64,000 nt of DNA from Candidatus Micrarchaeota archaeon (GCA_043827025.1 JBDRPL010000005.1:32001-96000), one strand, 5' to 3'; numbered from the stretch's first letter, positions 1 to 8,886 are shown. Numbers and translations: made by a program. Notes: a model not told the origin generated them from the letters alone.

Positions 1-112
1 TGCCATGGAGGGCATATTTTAGGTTATCCACTAGCACTTTCTCGAATTCTATTCGGTTCTCCCCTTTCAGGGAAAGCTCGGCGCTGTAATGGATATTGAG
101 GAGCCTGTTCAT
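1..112 (-). CDS. thiI: tRNA sulfurtransferase ThiI (THUMP-type), N-terminal part; runs off the window edge
   Basis: Manual translation MNRLLNIHYSAELSLKGENRIEFEKVLVDNLKYALHG matches the ThiI N-terminal E-x-x-LKGxNRxxFE motif; ATGA overlap with the upstream ORF. Confidence 0.7.
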   Translation of the reverse strand, partial: MNRLLNIHYSAELSLKGENRIEFEKVLVDNLKYALHG

Positions 113-846
113 ATTATCACGGAATTACTATTTTCAACATGAAAAGGTTCTAAACCCTGCTGCATTATTTGTTCAATCCATATGCCCCTAGCCTTTTCGT
201 ATTCGTCTCTCATCTTTCCAGCATCTACGCGTGCCAGGTCTGCCAGATCTAAAATGTCAGTTTGAATTTCCGGGTTAGGATATATCTGAAGATTTGTTAC
301 GTCTGCCATTACTGCATGGAACGGGTTTTCCAGTGTCAGCCAGAGTGTAGGTGTTGGATGCCTCATCATTTTATCGCATTCGTAAATTTGACCCAGTTTA
401 AGGTTAAGCAGATGTAAAAGCGCCAGCTCTGATGTCATCGTGGCAAGAGGTTTGCCTTTTATCCCTCCCATCATGTTTGCATATCTCAATCCATCCCATG
501 GCATTTTACCGTTCATGCACGCGTCACTCATCAGGATGCAACCTTCTCCTTCAAATTCCACTGCCTTAAATATTTCAAGAGTTGGCACTCCCAGTTTTGC
601 TACTGCCTGAATTATCTCAACTGCGAGTAGTGCTTTCATAGTGCTGTATTCTTCAAAAGTTAGTTCTGGTTTCAGAATATTGTTTTTCTGATCTATTACG
701 AATCTTTCTTTTTTGAATCTTTTTAATGCAATCCTTACCTGTTTTCCAGCACGTTCTGTTGTGCCAAAATATATCGTTGCTTCTTTTCCGGAACAGGTGT
801 ACCAATTGTTTAGGGTGATTTTGGCTTTGGGTAATCCTGTTTTCAT
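109..846 (-). CDS. Hypothetical protein, atypical (RIO/Bud32-like) kinase fold possible
   Basis: 245 aa ORF; SGKEATIY Gly-loop-like, IALKRF, LGVPT and VMADV segments resemble kinase subdomains, but the catalytic loop is not recognisable. Confidence 0.4.
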   Translation of the reverse strand: MKTGLPKAKITLNNWYTCSGKEATIYFGTTERAGKQVRIALKRFKKERFVIDQKNNILKPELTFEEYSTMKALLAVEIIQAVAKLGVPTLEIFKAVEFEGEGCILMSDACMNGKMPWDGLRYANMMGGIKGKPLATMTSELALLHLLNLKLGQIYECDKMMRHPTPTLWLTLENPFHAVMADVTNLQIYPNPEIQTDILDLADLARVDAGKMRDEYEKARGIWIEQIMQQGLEPFHVENSNSVII

Positions 847-959
847 ATGAGTGAGTGTGGTTAATACTGTTTAAATAACCAGATTATGTTAAATTAAAAA
901 AATAAAAAAACGCCGAGACAGTGAACTTCGTTCAAGAACTGCCTTTTTGTGAACAAAAA

Positions 960-1119
960 CGCTGAGGGCCAGATTTGAACTGGCAATCCTTGCGGACACG
1001 CTAACCGAACCGCGGGGAAACACAGTTTCCCCTCAGTTTGAGGGTCCTTCTGATCTCCTTCTTTTTGGAGTTCAGAAGAAATTCCAGGCGTGCGCACTAC
1101 CGGGTTATGCGACCTCAGC
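960..1119 (-). tRNA. tRNA-Ser(GGA) with 79-nt intron at canonical 37/38 position (intron 1003-1081)
   Basis: Acceptor GCTGAGG/CCTCAGC+G, anticodon stem CACGC/GCGTG with CT-GGA-A|A, long variable arm, T-loop GTTCAAATC; relaxed BHB (CUGG/UCGG). Confidence 0.9.
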
Positions 1120-1265
1120 GAACGAATGTGAGCTAAGAGTATTGAATAATAGTTCAATTTGACCTCAGCATGAATATCAATGAATGCTGTGGGTTATGAA
1201 AATAGGATTTTCATTTGACCTCAGCATTTAAGAAAAAGAAATAGAAGACAAGTATTTTTAAGGCA

Positions 1266-1765
1266 TTATCTTTTTTCCTTCAGGTGTTTTTCATATTCCC
1301 AGCCATTCTTCTTCAGTATTTGCACAGCCTTTTCAGAAGCTTTGGGAGGAAGAACTTTTTTCTCAAGCAGCCCCCTCAATTCATCCATCCGCCGTTTCCT
1401 ATTGCATTTACTCCCGCTATTTTGATGTTTTCAGGAATGTCTTTTCTTTCCAGTAGTTTTAGGAGGTCGTCATGGCTTACGTCTTCTGCTTTTGATTTTA
1501 TGATTGTTATGAGGCCTTTTTCCACAGGATTCATTATCAAATCGTACATTTTCCGTTTATCCAAGTAAAATCTAATCAATTCATTCATGTATCCGTAACC
1601 GGGGCTTGAGAATTTTTTTAGTATTTTTGAAAGAACTGCCTTTATCTTCTTTCTTACTGCTGGACGTTTGTTTTTTTCATAAAGCTCAAGCAATTCATTT
1701 ACCTGGTCAGTATCTTCATAGGCTGCTATTTGTTTGTAGACTTCGTCGTCTTTGTTTCGTGCCAT
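1266..1765 (-). pseudogene. Helical-repeat hypothetical protein with apparent frameshift near 1380
   Basis: ORF MARNKDDE... stops at 1376; another frame continues MDELRGLLEKKVLPPK...KEKR* to 1266 and resembles the upstream DDLLKLLERKDIP repeat; junction is a GGAT tandem. Confidence 0.5.
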
Positions 1766-1815
1766 ATCAAAATTAAGAAGACAAAAGATATATATCTTCA
1801 CAGTCTAATGCGTAC

Positions 1816-2274
1816 ATGAGCGTTAAGGTTGAAGGTCATCGCGAATTCAAGCAAATGAATGACTTTACTTTTAGTTATCCTGTATTCGAAGGTTGGGAAA
1901 AGGAAACTGTTGAATTCAGGAAAGGAGATTTCTACAAGCTCAAAAACAGATATTCCGGGGTCTGCAATATTAAATTTCCAAGTTCAAGAAAAAACAGCAA
2001 GAAGTATCTGCTTCTAACCGCCACAAAAATTCCTCTTAGTTTTTCGGATTGCTATCCTTCTGGAGATGCCAAAGCATGGCTTAATGCAGGCCTTCGAGAT
2101 GCAGAACGGAAAGAAAACAAGAATGGTGTGATGTATGAAAGAAATCTAATGGATTCAAGCAGCGTTACATTCTATGGCAAAGCATTTTCTGTCCGAATCA
2201 CATTTTCAGAAAAGAATCCGTCAGTTTCAGATGCTTTTTGGAAAGAAATTATTAAATCCTTTAAGTTCATATAA
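1816..2274 (+). CDS. Hypothetical protein, paralog of the next gene (PsbP-like fold possible)
   Basis: 152 aa; shares FxFxYPxF, NxNGVxY and SDAFxKxIIxxFKF with 2289-2756. Confidence 0.6.
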   Translation: MSVKVEGHREFKQMNDFTFSYPVFEGWEKETVEFRKGDFYKLKNRYSGVCNIKFPSSRKNSKKYLLLTATKIPLSFSDCYPSGDAKAWLNAGLRDAERKENKNGVMYERNLMDSSSVTFYGKAFSVRITFSEKNPSVSDAFWKEIIKSFKFI

Positions 2275-2288
2275 TTTAAGGTGAAAAC

Positions 2289-2756
2289 ATGGCAGGGCTA
2301 TTTGATAAATCGGAAATTGCGGAATACAAGGAGTTCAAGAATAAGGAGTTTTCTTTCACGTATCCTCTTTTTAAGGAATATGAAAGGGAAAATGTTTTTC
2401 TTGCTTCTGCTACCCATAAGATTGTGTTTAGCTCTCCTAATATTGATTCTTTCAAGAAGATTGAATTTGAAGAAACAACATTGCCTAAGATGGATGTTAA
2501 GAGGATTTCACAAGGATTACACGATGCATGCGGAGAATGTATGCTTGTAGGTTATCATGAAAAGATAAAGACCAATCCAAACGGAGTCAAGTATGCTCCG
2601 ATGAGAGTTCTAGGTAATATTAAGGATTGGAGCGGCTATGAGTTCTACAAAGAGCATGGCTGGTCTGTTTCAATCAAGGTCTGGACGAATAATAGCAAAG
2701 GATTTTCTTCAGATGCATTCTTCAAGAAAGTAATCGAGACCTTCAAGTTTTTGTGA
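2289..2756 (+). CDS. Hypothetical protein, paralog of the previous gene
   Basis: 155 aa; GGTG RBS; shared motifs as above. Confidence 0.65.
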   Translation: MAGLFDKSEIAEYKEFKNKEFSFTYPLFKEYERENVFLASATHKIVFSSPNIDSFKKIEFEETTLPKMDVKRISQGLHDACGECMLVGYHEKIKTNPNGVKYAPMRVLGNIKDWSGYEFYKEHGWSVSIKVWTNNSKGFSSDAFFKKVIETFKFL

Positions 2757-2775
2757 ATTAGTTAATGGGATTGAG

Positions 2776-3588
2776 ATGGACATTTCAACAAAAATTAAAT
2801 TAAACAACGGAATTCAGATGCCTATGCTTGGCTTTGGAACATGGCAGCTTAAGCAGGGAAAAGAAACGGAGCAGGCTGTTTTATGGGCTTTGGAAGCTGG
2901 TTATGTGTCGATAGACACTGCATCCTATTATGCAAATGAGGAAAACGTTGGCAAGGCAATAAGGAAAAGCGATATTCCAAGGGAAGAGATTTTTGTGACG
3001 ACCAAGATCTGGAATGATGAACATGCTGATCCAGAACAAGCTTTCAATGATAGTTTGGAGAGGCTGGGTTTGGATTATATTGACCTTTATCTTATTCATT
3101 GGCCAGTTAAGGAAAGGCTGGAAACATGGAAAGTCTTTGAAAAGCTTTACAAACAAGGCAAATGCAAATCTATTGGAGTAAGCAACTTCACAATAAAGCA
3201 TCTAAATGAATTGTTGGCAGAATCAAAGACTGTTCCAGCATTGAATCAGGTTGAGTTTAACTCCTTTCTTTATCAGAAAGAACTATTGGAATTCTGCAAA
3301 TCAAAAAACATAGTGTTGGAGGCATACTGTCCTCTGTCACGTGCAAAAAGGCTTGATGATCCAAAGATAGTTTCGATAGCAAAAAATCATTCAAAGACAT
3401 CCGCACAGGTCCTTCTAAGGTGGGCTTTACAGCATGATGTTGTAGTGATTCCAAAATCCAAACACAAGGAAAGAATAATTGAGAATGCAGACATATTTGG
3501 CTTTAATCTGTCAGCAGAAGAGATGATTGTTCTTGATGGCTTAAATGAGAATCTACGGGTCACCTGGGACCCGACTAATGCGCCTTAA
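2776..3588 (+). CDS. Aldo/keto reductase (AKR5/DkgA-like)
   Basis: MPMLGFGTW, IDTASYY, FVTTKIW, YIDLYLIHWP, IGVSNF, IPKS motifs. Confidence 0.95.
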   Translation: MDISTKIKLNNGIQMPMLGFGTWQLKQGKETEQAVLWALEAGYVSIDTASYYANEENVGKAIRKSDIPREEIFVTTKIWNDEHADPEQAFNDSLERLGLDYIDLYLIHWPVKERLETWKVFEKLYKQGKCKSIGVSNFTIKHLNELLAESKTVPALNQVEFNSFLYQKELLEFCKSKNIVLEAYCPLSRAKRLDDPKIVSIAKNHSKTSAQVLLRWALQHDVVVIPKSKHKERIIENADIFGFNLSAEEMIVLDGLNENLRVTWDPTNAP

Positions 3589-3590
3589 TG

Positions 3591-3719
3591 TCACTTCCTT
3601 TTCTTCTTTAGTTCATTCATGGCCCTTTTTGCGGTTCCGCATATCCAGTATTTCTTGTCAAAATCTTCCTTGCTGAGAATCATTGCCTTTGTCATTTCCT
3701 TTGGAGTTGGTTTTTTCAT
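3591..3719 (-). CDS. Small basic hypothetical protein (42 aa)
   Basis: Manual translation MKKPTPKEMTKAMILSKEDFDKKYWICGTAKRAMNELKKKRK; fills the gap convergent with the AKR gene. Confidence 0.45.
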   Translation of the reverse strand: MKKPTPKEMTKAMILSKEDFDKKYWICGTAKRAMNELKKKRK

Positions 3720-3834
3720 GATTTTAAAACGCGGCAAACATATTTAATAACAGCCCAAGGGGGCGAGTATGGCTAATCAAGATTGCCCCCTTAGTCCGTT
3801 ACCGCCCAAACCCCCTTATTATAAACGAGTCAAT

Positions 3835-4590
3835 TTATTTTTTCTTTTCTTCTATGTACTTCTTAACGGTATTGCCAAAAGTAGTCCACCAATACGAATA
3901 GGTTAATCTTTCTACTCCATGTTCATCTTTTTTCATCGCAGTATTGAGTTTTAAAATTCCTAAATCTAATAGCCTATATATCGAATCTCTTTTTTCTATG
4001 GGAGGGGGCATGAAATTTTTTTGCTTACCATGAATTTGTATGAGATAAAGGCCTTCATCATCTATTGACTCCGCTGCAAACCTAACAATTTTTCCTTTGT
4101 AATGCTCTTGATTTTTTAATGCTTCTTTGAGTATTTTCTGAACAAACTCTTCGTCGAGTGGCTCCACAAATTCATTATAATTTGGACTTTGTATATAAAG
4201 TGATTCTCTTTCTTCTGATTCGGATTTTGGCCTTATAATTACAATATCCCACGGGTCTCTAATTGCCCTAGCTATTCCTAGTTCATGCATTACACTTAGA
4301 TTAATATGCTTGGTTCTCGTGTCTTTGGAAATATCAAAAAAGAGCATTTTAGCATTAATAATGCGATTAACTACTTTGTCATCAGTATCAATTGCTACTT
4401 TTTCAGTATTTGATAGTTCTGTTCCAGATTTAAATTCATTTTCTTGATTTTCATTTTTTAGTCTCTTAGTCGTGTCTTCAATTATCTTGTATTTGTTATC
4501 TTTATTCTTATCAAATGGCATACATACAAATAATTCGCTTATCTGTTCACTTTCCCAAAATCTTTTAGCATTTGGACTTACGATCATCAT
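3835..4590 (-). CDS. Nucleoside 2-deoxyribosyltransferase/TIR-like fold protein
   Basis: LFVCMPF ... LFFDIS ... NLSVMHELGIARA pattern; AT-rich; GGTG RBS before ATG at 4590. Confidence 0.6.
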   Translation of the reverse strand: MMIVSPNAKRFWESEQISELFVCMPFDKNKDNKYKIIEDTTKRLKNENQENEFKSGTELSNTEKVAIDTDDKVVNRIINAKMLFFDISKDTRTKHINLSVMHELGIARAIRDPWDIVIIRPKSESEERESLYIQSPNYNEFVEPLDEEFVQKILKEALKNQEHYKGKIVRFAAESIDDEGLYLIQIHGKQKNFMPPPIEKRDSIYRLLDLGILKLNTAMKKDEHGVERLTYSYWWTTFGNTVKKYIEEKKK

Positions 4591-4670
4591 ATGAACACCT
4601 ATAATCACATTTCCTATATTCAAAACATATTTAATTCTTAACAGCAATAAGTCATTGGGAGGCTATCATC

Positions 4671-5909
4671 ATGGATGAGTTGAAAAAAACAGACCCTGCA
4701 GTCTACGACCTGGTTCAGAAGGAATTGGATTATGAAAGGAAGACCTTGAGATTGATTCCATCGGAGAATTATGTCTCCAAGGCTGTTTTAGAAGCAACTG
4801 GCTCTATTTTTGCCAATAAATATGCAGAAGGCTACCCTAGAAAGAGATACTATGCTGGCCAGAAATACGTTGATGAAGTTGAGGAATTAGCAATAGAAAG
4901 GGCAAAGAAGCTGTTTGGCGTTGATTATGTCAATGTGCAACCTAATTCCGGTTCGCCTGCAAACATGGCAGCCTATTTTGCCATGCTTGAACATGGAGAT
5001 ACTATGATGGGTTTGGAATTATCCCAAGGAGGCCATCTGACCCATGGCTCACCTGTCAATTTCTCAGGCAAAACCTACAAGGTCGTTTCATACAAGCTTG
5101 ATAAAACAACAGAAAGGCTTGATTTTGATGAGATACGAAAACTTGCAGTAGAAAGCAAGCCAAAGGTGATTGTCTGCGGTTTCACTGCTTATCCTTACCA
5201 AGTTGATTTTCAGAAATTCAGGGAAATCGCTGATGAAGTTGGTGCTTATTTGATGGCAGATATTTCGCACATTGCAGGCTTGATTGTAGGTGGTGTTCAT
5301 CCTTCGCCGGTTTCTTATGCGGATATCATTACATCCACAACTCACAAGACACTGAGAGGGCCAAGAGGAGCAATAATAATGACGAATAGCGAAGAACTTG
5401 CAAAGAAAGTGGACAAGGCAATCTTCCCTGGAATTCAGGGTGGCCCTCAAATCCATTCAATTGCCGCAAAAGCAGTCTGCTTCCACGAGGCTCTACAACC
5501 GTCTTTTAAGGAATATGCTCATCAGATAGTGAAAAATGCAAAGGCATTGGCTGAAGATCTGTCAAAGCTTGGCATTAGATTAGTTGGAGGCGGGACAGAA
5601 ACTCATTTGATACTGTTTGACACCCTGTCTTCCAAGAAAATAACTGGAAAAGAAGCGCATGAAGCGTTGGAAGAGGCAGGAATCATCGTGAACAAGAATA
5701 CAATTCCTTATGATACGCAAAAGCCATTTATAGGTTCAGGTGTTCGAATAGGAACACCATCAGTGACTACAATGGGTATGAAGGAGCCTGAGATGAAGAA
5801 GGTGGCAGAGCTAATTGTTAAGGTTCTTGATCATCCTGCAGATGTTTCTGTGAAGGAACATGTAAGAAAGGAAGTGGAAGCTCTTTGCGCGAAGTTTCCG
5901 ATTTACTGA
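4671..5909 (+). CDS. glyA: Serine hydroxymethyltransferase (bacterial-like)
   Basis: LIPSEN, KYAEGYP, GGHLTHG, TTHKTLRGPRG (PLP lysine). Confidence 0.97.
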   Translation: MDELKKTDPAVYDLVQKELDYERKTLRLIPSENYVSKAVLEATGSIFANKYAEGYPRKRYYAGQKYVDEVEELAIERAKKLFGVDYVNVQPNSGSPANMAAYFAMLEHGDTMMGLELSQGGHLTHGSPVNFSGKTYKVVSYKLDKTTERLDFDEIRKLAVESKPKVIVCGFTAYPYQVDFQKFREIADEVGAYLMADISHIAGLIVGGVHPSPVSYADIITSTTHKTLRGPRGAIIMTNSEELAKKVDKAIFPGIQGGPQIHSIAAKAVCFHEALQPSFKEYAHQIVKNAKALAEDLSKLGIRLVGGGTETHLILFDTLSSKKITGKEAHEALEEAGIIVNKNTIPYDTQKPFIGSGVRIGTPSVTTMGMKEPEMKKVAELIVKVLDHPADVSVKEHVRKEVEALCAKFPIY

Positions 5910-5926
5910 TTTTTTTTACTTTTTTA

Positions 5927-6841
5927 TTACTTTATTTCCATTATCTCCTTTATCTCATCTTCTGTTTTCGACATGCAAACCCTTGATCTAAGTTTTGTCG
6001 CACCGGGTATTCCTCTGATGAAACAAAGTGCCTGTGCCTTTAGGTCTCCGACGCTTCGTTTAATCCCAAGCTCACGGACTGTTTTTAGATATTCATCAAA
6101 TGCCTTCAATCTCATTTCCGGAGTAACCTCAAAATCCTTCTTTTGTTTGCACTGCTTGAAGATGAATGGGTTGCCTAATGCTGCACGGCCAATCATCACT
6201 GCATCGCAACCTGTTTCATCAAACATTCGTTTTGCACTCGAATAATCAACAACATCCCCATTCCCGAAAACAGGAATCGAAAGCGCATCTTTGATTTGCT
6301 TTATCATATTCCAATCAGCCTTTCCAGAATAAATTTGATCTAAGGTTCTTCCGTGAACTGCGAGTGCAGATGCTCCGCTTTTTTCAATCAGTTTCGCAAT
6401 CTCAACAGCCTTGTCCTTTGTCTTTATTCCAAGTCTCATCTTCGCAGTTACTGGCTTTTTGATTGTTGAAACAATCTCGCCAATTATCTCATTGATTAGT
6501 TTTGGCTTGTCTAACAATGATGCCCCGCCGCCACCTCTCAATACTTTTGGAGCTGGACAACCCAGATTAATATCAATTACGTCCGCCTTTTTCTCTAGTA
6601 TGTGGGAAGCCTTTGCCATTACGCTTGGCTTTGAGCCGAAAATCTGTATTCCGCAAGGCCTTTCCTCATCTGAAATGAAAAGCATTTCCTGCGTCTTCTT
6701 ATTTTCCCTTACAACTGCTTCAGCTGAAACGAATTCCGTTACAACATAATCAGCGCCGTATCTTCTGCACATCCATCTAAATGCAGCATCAGTATGCGAT
6801 GCCATTGGAGAAAGAATGTACTTGATTTTTGAGAAATCCAT
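5927..6841 (-). CDS. dusB: tRNA-dihydrouridine synthase (DusB-like)
   Basis: LSPMA, IDINLGCP, AVHGRT, GNGDV, VMIGRAALGNP. Confidence 0.92.
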   Translation of the reverse strand: MDFSKIKYILSPMASHTDAAFRWMCRRYGADYVVTEFVSAEAVVRENKKTQEMLFISDEERPCGIQIFGSKPSVMAKASHILEKKADVIDINLGCPAPKVLRGGGGASLLDKPKLINEIIGEIVSTIKKPVTAKMRLGIKTKDKAVEIAKLIEKSGASALAVHGRTLDQIYSGKADWNMIKQIKDALSIPVFGNGDVVDYSSAKRMFDETGCDAVMIGRAALGNPFIFKQCKQKKDFEVTPEMRLKAFDEYLKTVRELGIKRSVGDLKAQALCFIRGIPGATKLRSRVCMSKTEDEIKEIMEIK

Positions 6842-6875
6842 CTTTTTACCTATAATTTTTATGAAGATAAAATTT

Positions 6876-7084
6876 TGCGGCCATCGGGAATTGAACCCGA
6901 TCTATCAGCTCTTACCTTTTAGGAAAAGGTAAGTCCAAAACCCGTTTGTTCAGGTTTTTTGTTTAGCCTTTTTTTCCTTTTTGATGAAACTTTTTAGGCA
7001 TCCCGAAAAAGTTTCTTGGGAAGCTGAAGTCATACCGTTGTCCGTTTATAGATAAAGAATCTATAATCTGTAGACCATGGCCGC
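6876..7084 (-). tRNA. tRNA-Gly(CCC) with two introns: ~32 nt in the D-loop (~7039-7070) and 106 nt at 37/38 (6911-7016)
   Basis: Spliced sequence GCGGCCATGGTCTA/ACGGTATGACTTCAGCTTCCCA/AGCTGATAGATCGGGTTCAATTCCCGATGGCCGCA folds into a cloverleaf; D-loop junction uncertain by about 1 nt. Confidence 0.88.
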
Positions 7085-7239
7085 ATATCATGTATATTCA
7101 TCTTCTTGTTTTTCATTTGTTCGCTTGGGCCCCTTTGAGAGGCTATTCGTTCTATTTTACTTATAATGTACATAGAATTTTATATACTAATGTTGGGGAA
7201 AATAAGAAAAAGAATAAAAAGTTAGAGGTTGTTGCCAGG

Positions 7240-8100
7240 TCACTGTATTGCCAATTGATCTACGTTCTTGAACAAAGGCAATCCATTGTTCTGGATTGGA
7301 ACGTAGATGACGCTCTTCTGGTCCTTTAGGTTCTGTATCCAATACCAGGTAAGGTAAGAATCAGTCAAAGAGTTTGCGATTATTGTTTGACTCTCTGAGA
7401 TACCTCTTGCTTCTATGACCTTTCTTTCAGCTTCGCTCTGCTCTTTCTGAAGGACGAATTGCATCCTTTTAGCATCCTGCTCTGCAGTCAGCTTTGTTTC
7501 GATTGCAGTCTGTATCTGGTCAGGAAGTACAATATCCCTTATAAGCACATCTTCAATTACGATTCCTCTGTCTATGAGTTTCGCTTTTATGTTGCTTGTC
7601 AGGCTTGATTGTAACACCACTCTTTTATCAGTAGTATAAAGGTCCTCTGCATTATATGTTGCAACAAGATCCCTTGCAGTTGCCCTTGCAACTGGTTTGA
7701 TAAGCACATTTGCATAGTCAGTGCCTACACTTTTGTAAAGTGATGGTGCATCGTTAGATTCAACGTGGTATAATACACTTAGGTCAAGCTTGACTGTAAG
7801 ACCTTCTGCTGTAATAACATCTAAGCCTATATCATCTCCGCCCCTGTGCATATTATAGCTCATTGTCCTTAGGTTGTAGTGAGTTACAGTTTGCCACGGC
7901 ATCATCACGTAGAATCCTTCGCCCAATGTCTTAGCCTGGACACCTCCTGCGAACGGATCATAAATAACACCCATATTACCCGCCTCAATCACTACAAAAA
8001 TATTTCCAAGTATGAGAAGCAGCACGAACAGCACAACCAATGCTACAAACATTCCGCCAATCAGTTTTCCGATATTATCAAATAGTCCAAAACCCATCAA
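7240..8100 (-). CDS. SPFH/prohibitin (band 7) family membrane protein
   Basis: N-terminal TM, LGEGFY..PWQ, C-terminal AIETKLTAEQDA...EAERKVIEARG coiled coil. Confidence 0.92.
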   Translation of the reverse strand: MMGFGLFDNIGKLIGGMFVALVVLFVLLLILGNIFVVIEAGNMGVIYDPFAGGVQAKTLGEGFYVMMPWQTVTHYNLRTMSYNMHRGGDDIGLDVITAEGLTVKLDLSVLYHVESNDAPSLYKSVGTDYANVLIKPVARATARDLVATYNAEDLYTTDKRVVLQSSLTSNIKAKLIDRGIVIEDVLIRDIVLPDQIQTAIETKLTAEQDAKRMQFVLQKEQSEAERKVIEARGISESQTIIANSLTDSYLTWYWIQNLKDQKSVIYVPIQNNGLPLFKNVDQLAIQ

Positions 8101-8259
8101 TCATCATCCTCTTTGAGCGATCCAAAAATCGCTGCTAGCTGACCAATCTTCTGAAAATATTGTTGGTTGGCTATAGTTGAAGTATCAAGGTAAAGGTATA
8201 AAAATATTCCTAGATGCCGTTGATGCTAAAAATAGTGTTAAAATAAAAAAAATTAATTA

Positions 8260-8712
8260 TTATTCAGCTTCGCCTGATTTCCTGAACAGTCTTACTGTTT
8301 TTGATTTAACTGAAACAGGGATTGGGACAGCTACTTCGATGAGCTCTACGGTTATCTCATCTTTTGCATCGTCGATTTTGACTACCTTTGCCTTTTCCCC
8401 TTTGAAAGGCCCTGAAATCATCTCGACAATATCCTTTATTTCGATTGTCACAGCGGGTTTGCTTGCTGATGTCACAAGACCTTTTATATCTTCTGAAGCC
8501 ATTGTCTTTGGTAAAAGCCCTTTTATGTGTTTGACTTTCTGGACCAAGCGAACAACTGCGTTCTCTTCAGGAGATTCTATGAATAAGTATCCTTTCACGC
8601 TGTCAACATAAACTATTGAATGTATGTTGGGTTCCTGCTCCTTTGCCTTTTTTCTGAGTATCTCGACAATTATTTTTTCTTGTCCTGATGTTACTCTTGC
8701 TGTGAATATCAT
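8260..8712 (-). CDS. spt5: Transcription elongation factor Spt5
   Basis: NGN domain (GQEK, KGYLFIE) plus KOW (GPFKGEKAKV). Confidence 0.95.
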   Translation of the reverse strand: MIFTARVTSGQEKIIVEILRKKAKEQEPNIHSIVYVDSVKGYLFIESPEENAVVRLVQKVKHIKGLLPKTMASEDIKGLVTSASKPAVTIEIKDIVEMISGPFKGEKAKVVKIDDAKDEITVELIEVAVPIPVSVKSKTVRLFRKSGEAE

Positions 8713-8721
8713 ATTTATACC

Positions 8722-8886
8722 TCACCCTATGAATCCGAATATTACTGCAACCACTACGCCGACGAGACCAATAACTATAACTCCTATGGAAGTCACCTTT
8801 GCAACCTTTGTGAATTCGTCATGAGTAGGCTTCCTTGAGATTATCAATATCCTCAAACATCTTTTTACAAGTTCTGTCAAATTCAT
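8722..8886 (-). CDS. secE: Protein translocase SecE/Sec61-gamma
   Basis: Manual translation MNLTELVKRCLRILIISRKPTHDEFTKVAKVTSIGVIVIGLVG...; conserved ftsZ-secE-spt5 order. Confidence 0.92.
   Translation of the reverse strand: MNLTELVKRCLRILIISRKPTHDEFTKVAKVTSIGVIVIGLVGVVVAVIFGFIG

Noticed and set aside
894..1157. 87-aa ORF
   Set aside because: Overlaps the intron-containing tRNA-Ser on the same strand; spurious
1157..1227. Direct repeats with a ~41-bp spacer as a mini CRISPR array
   Set aside because: Only two 15-bp copies, they match the tRNA 5' end, and no cas genes are in the window
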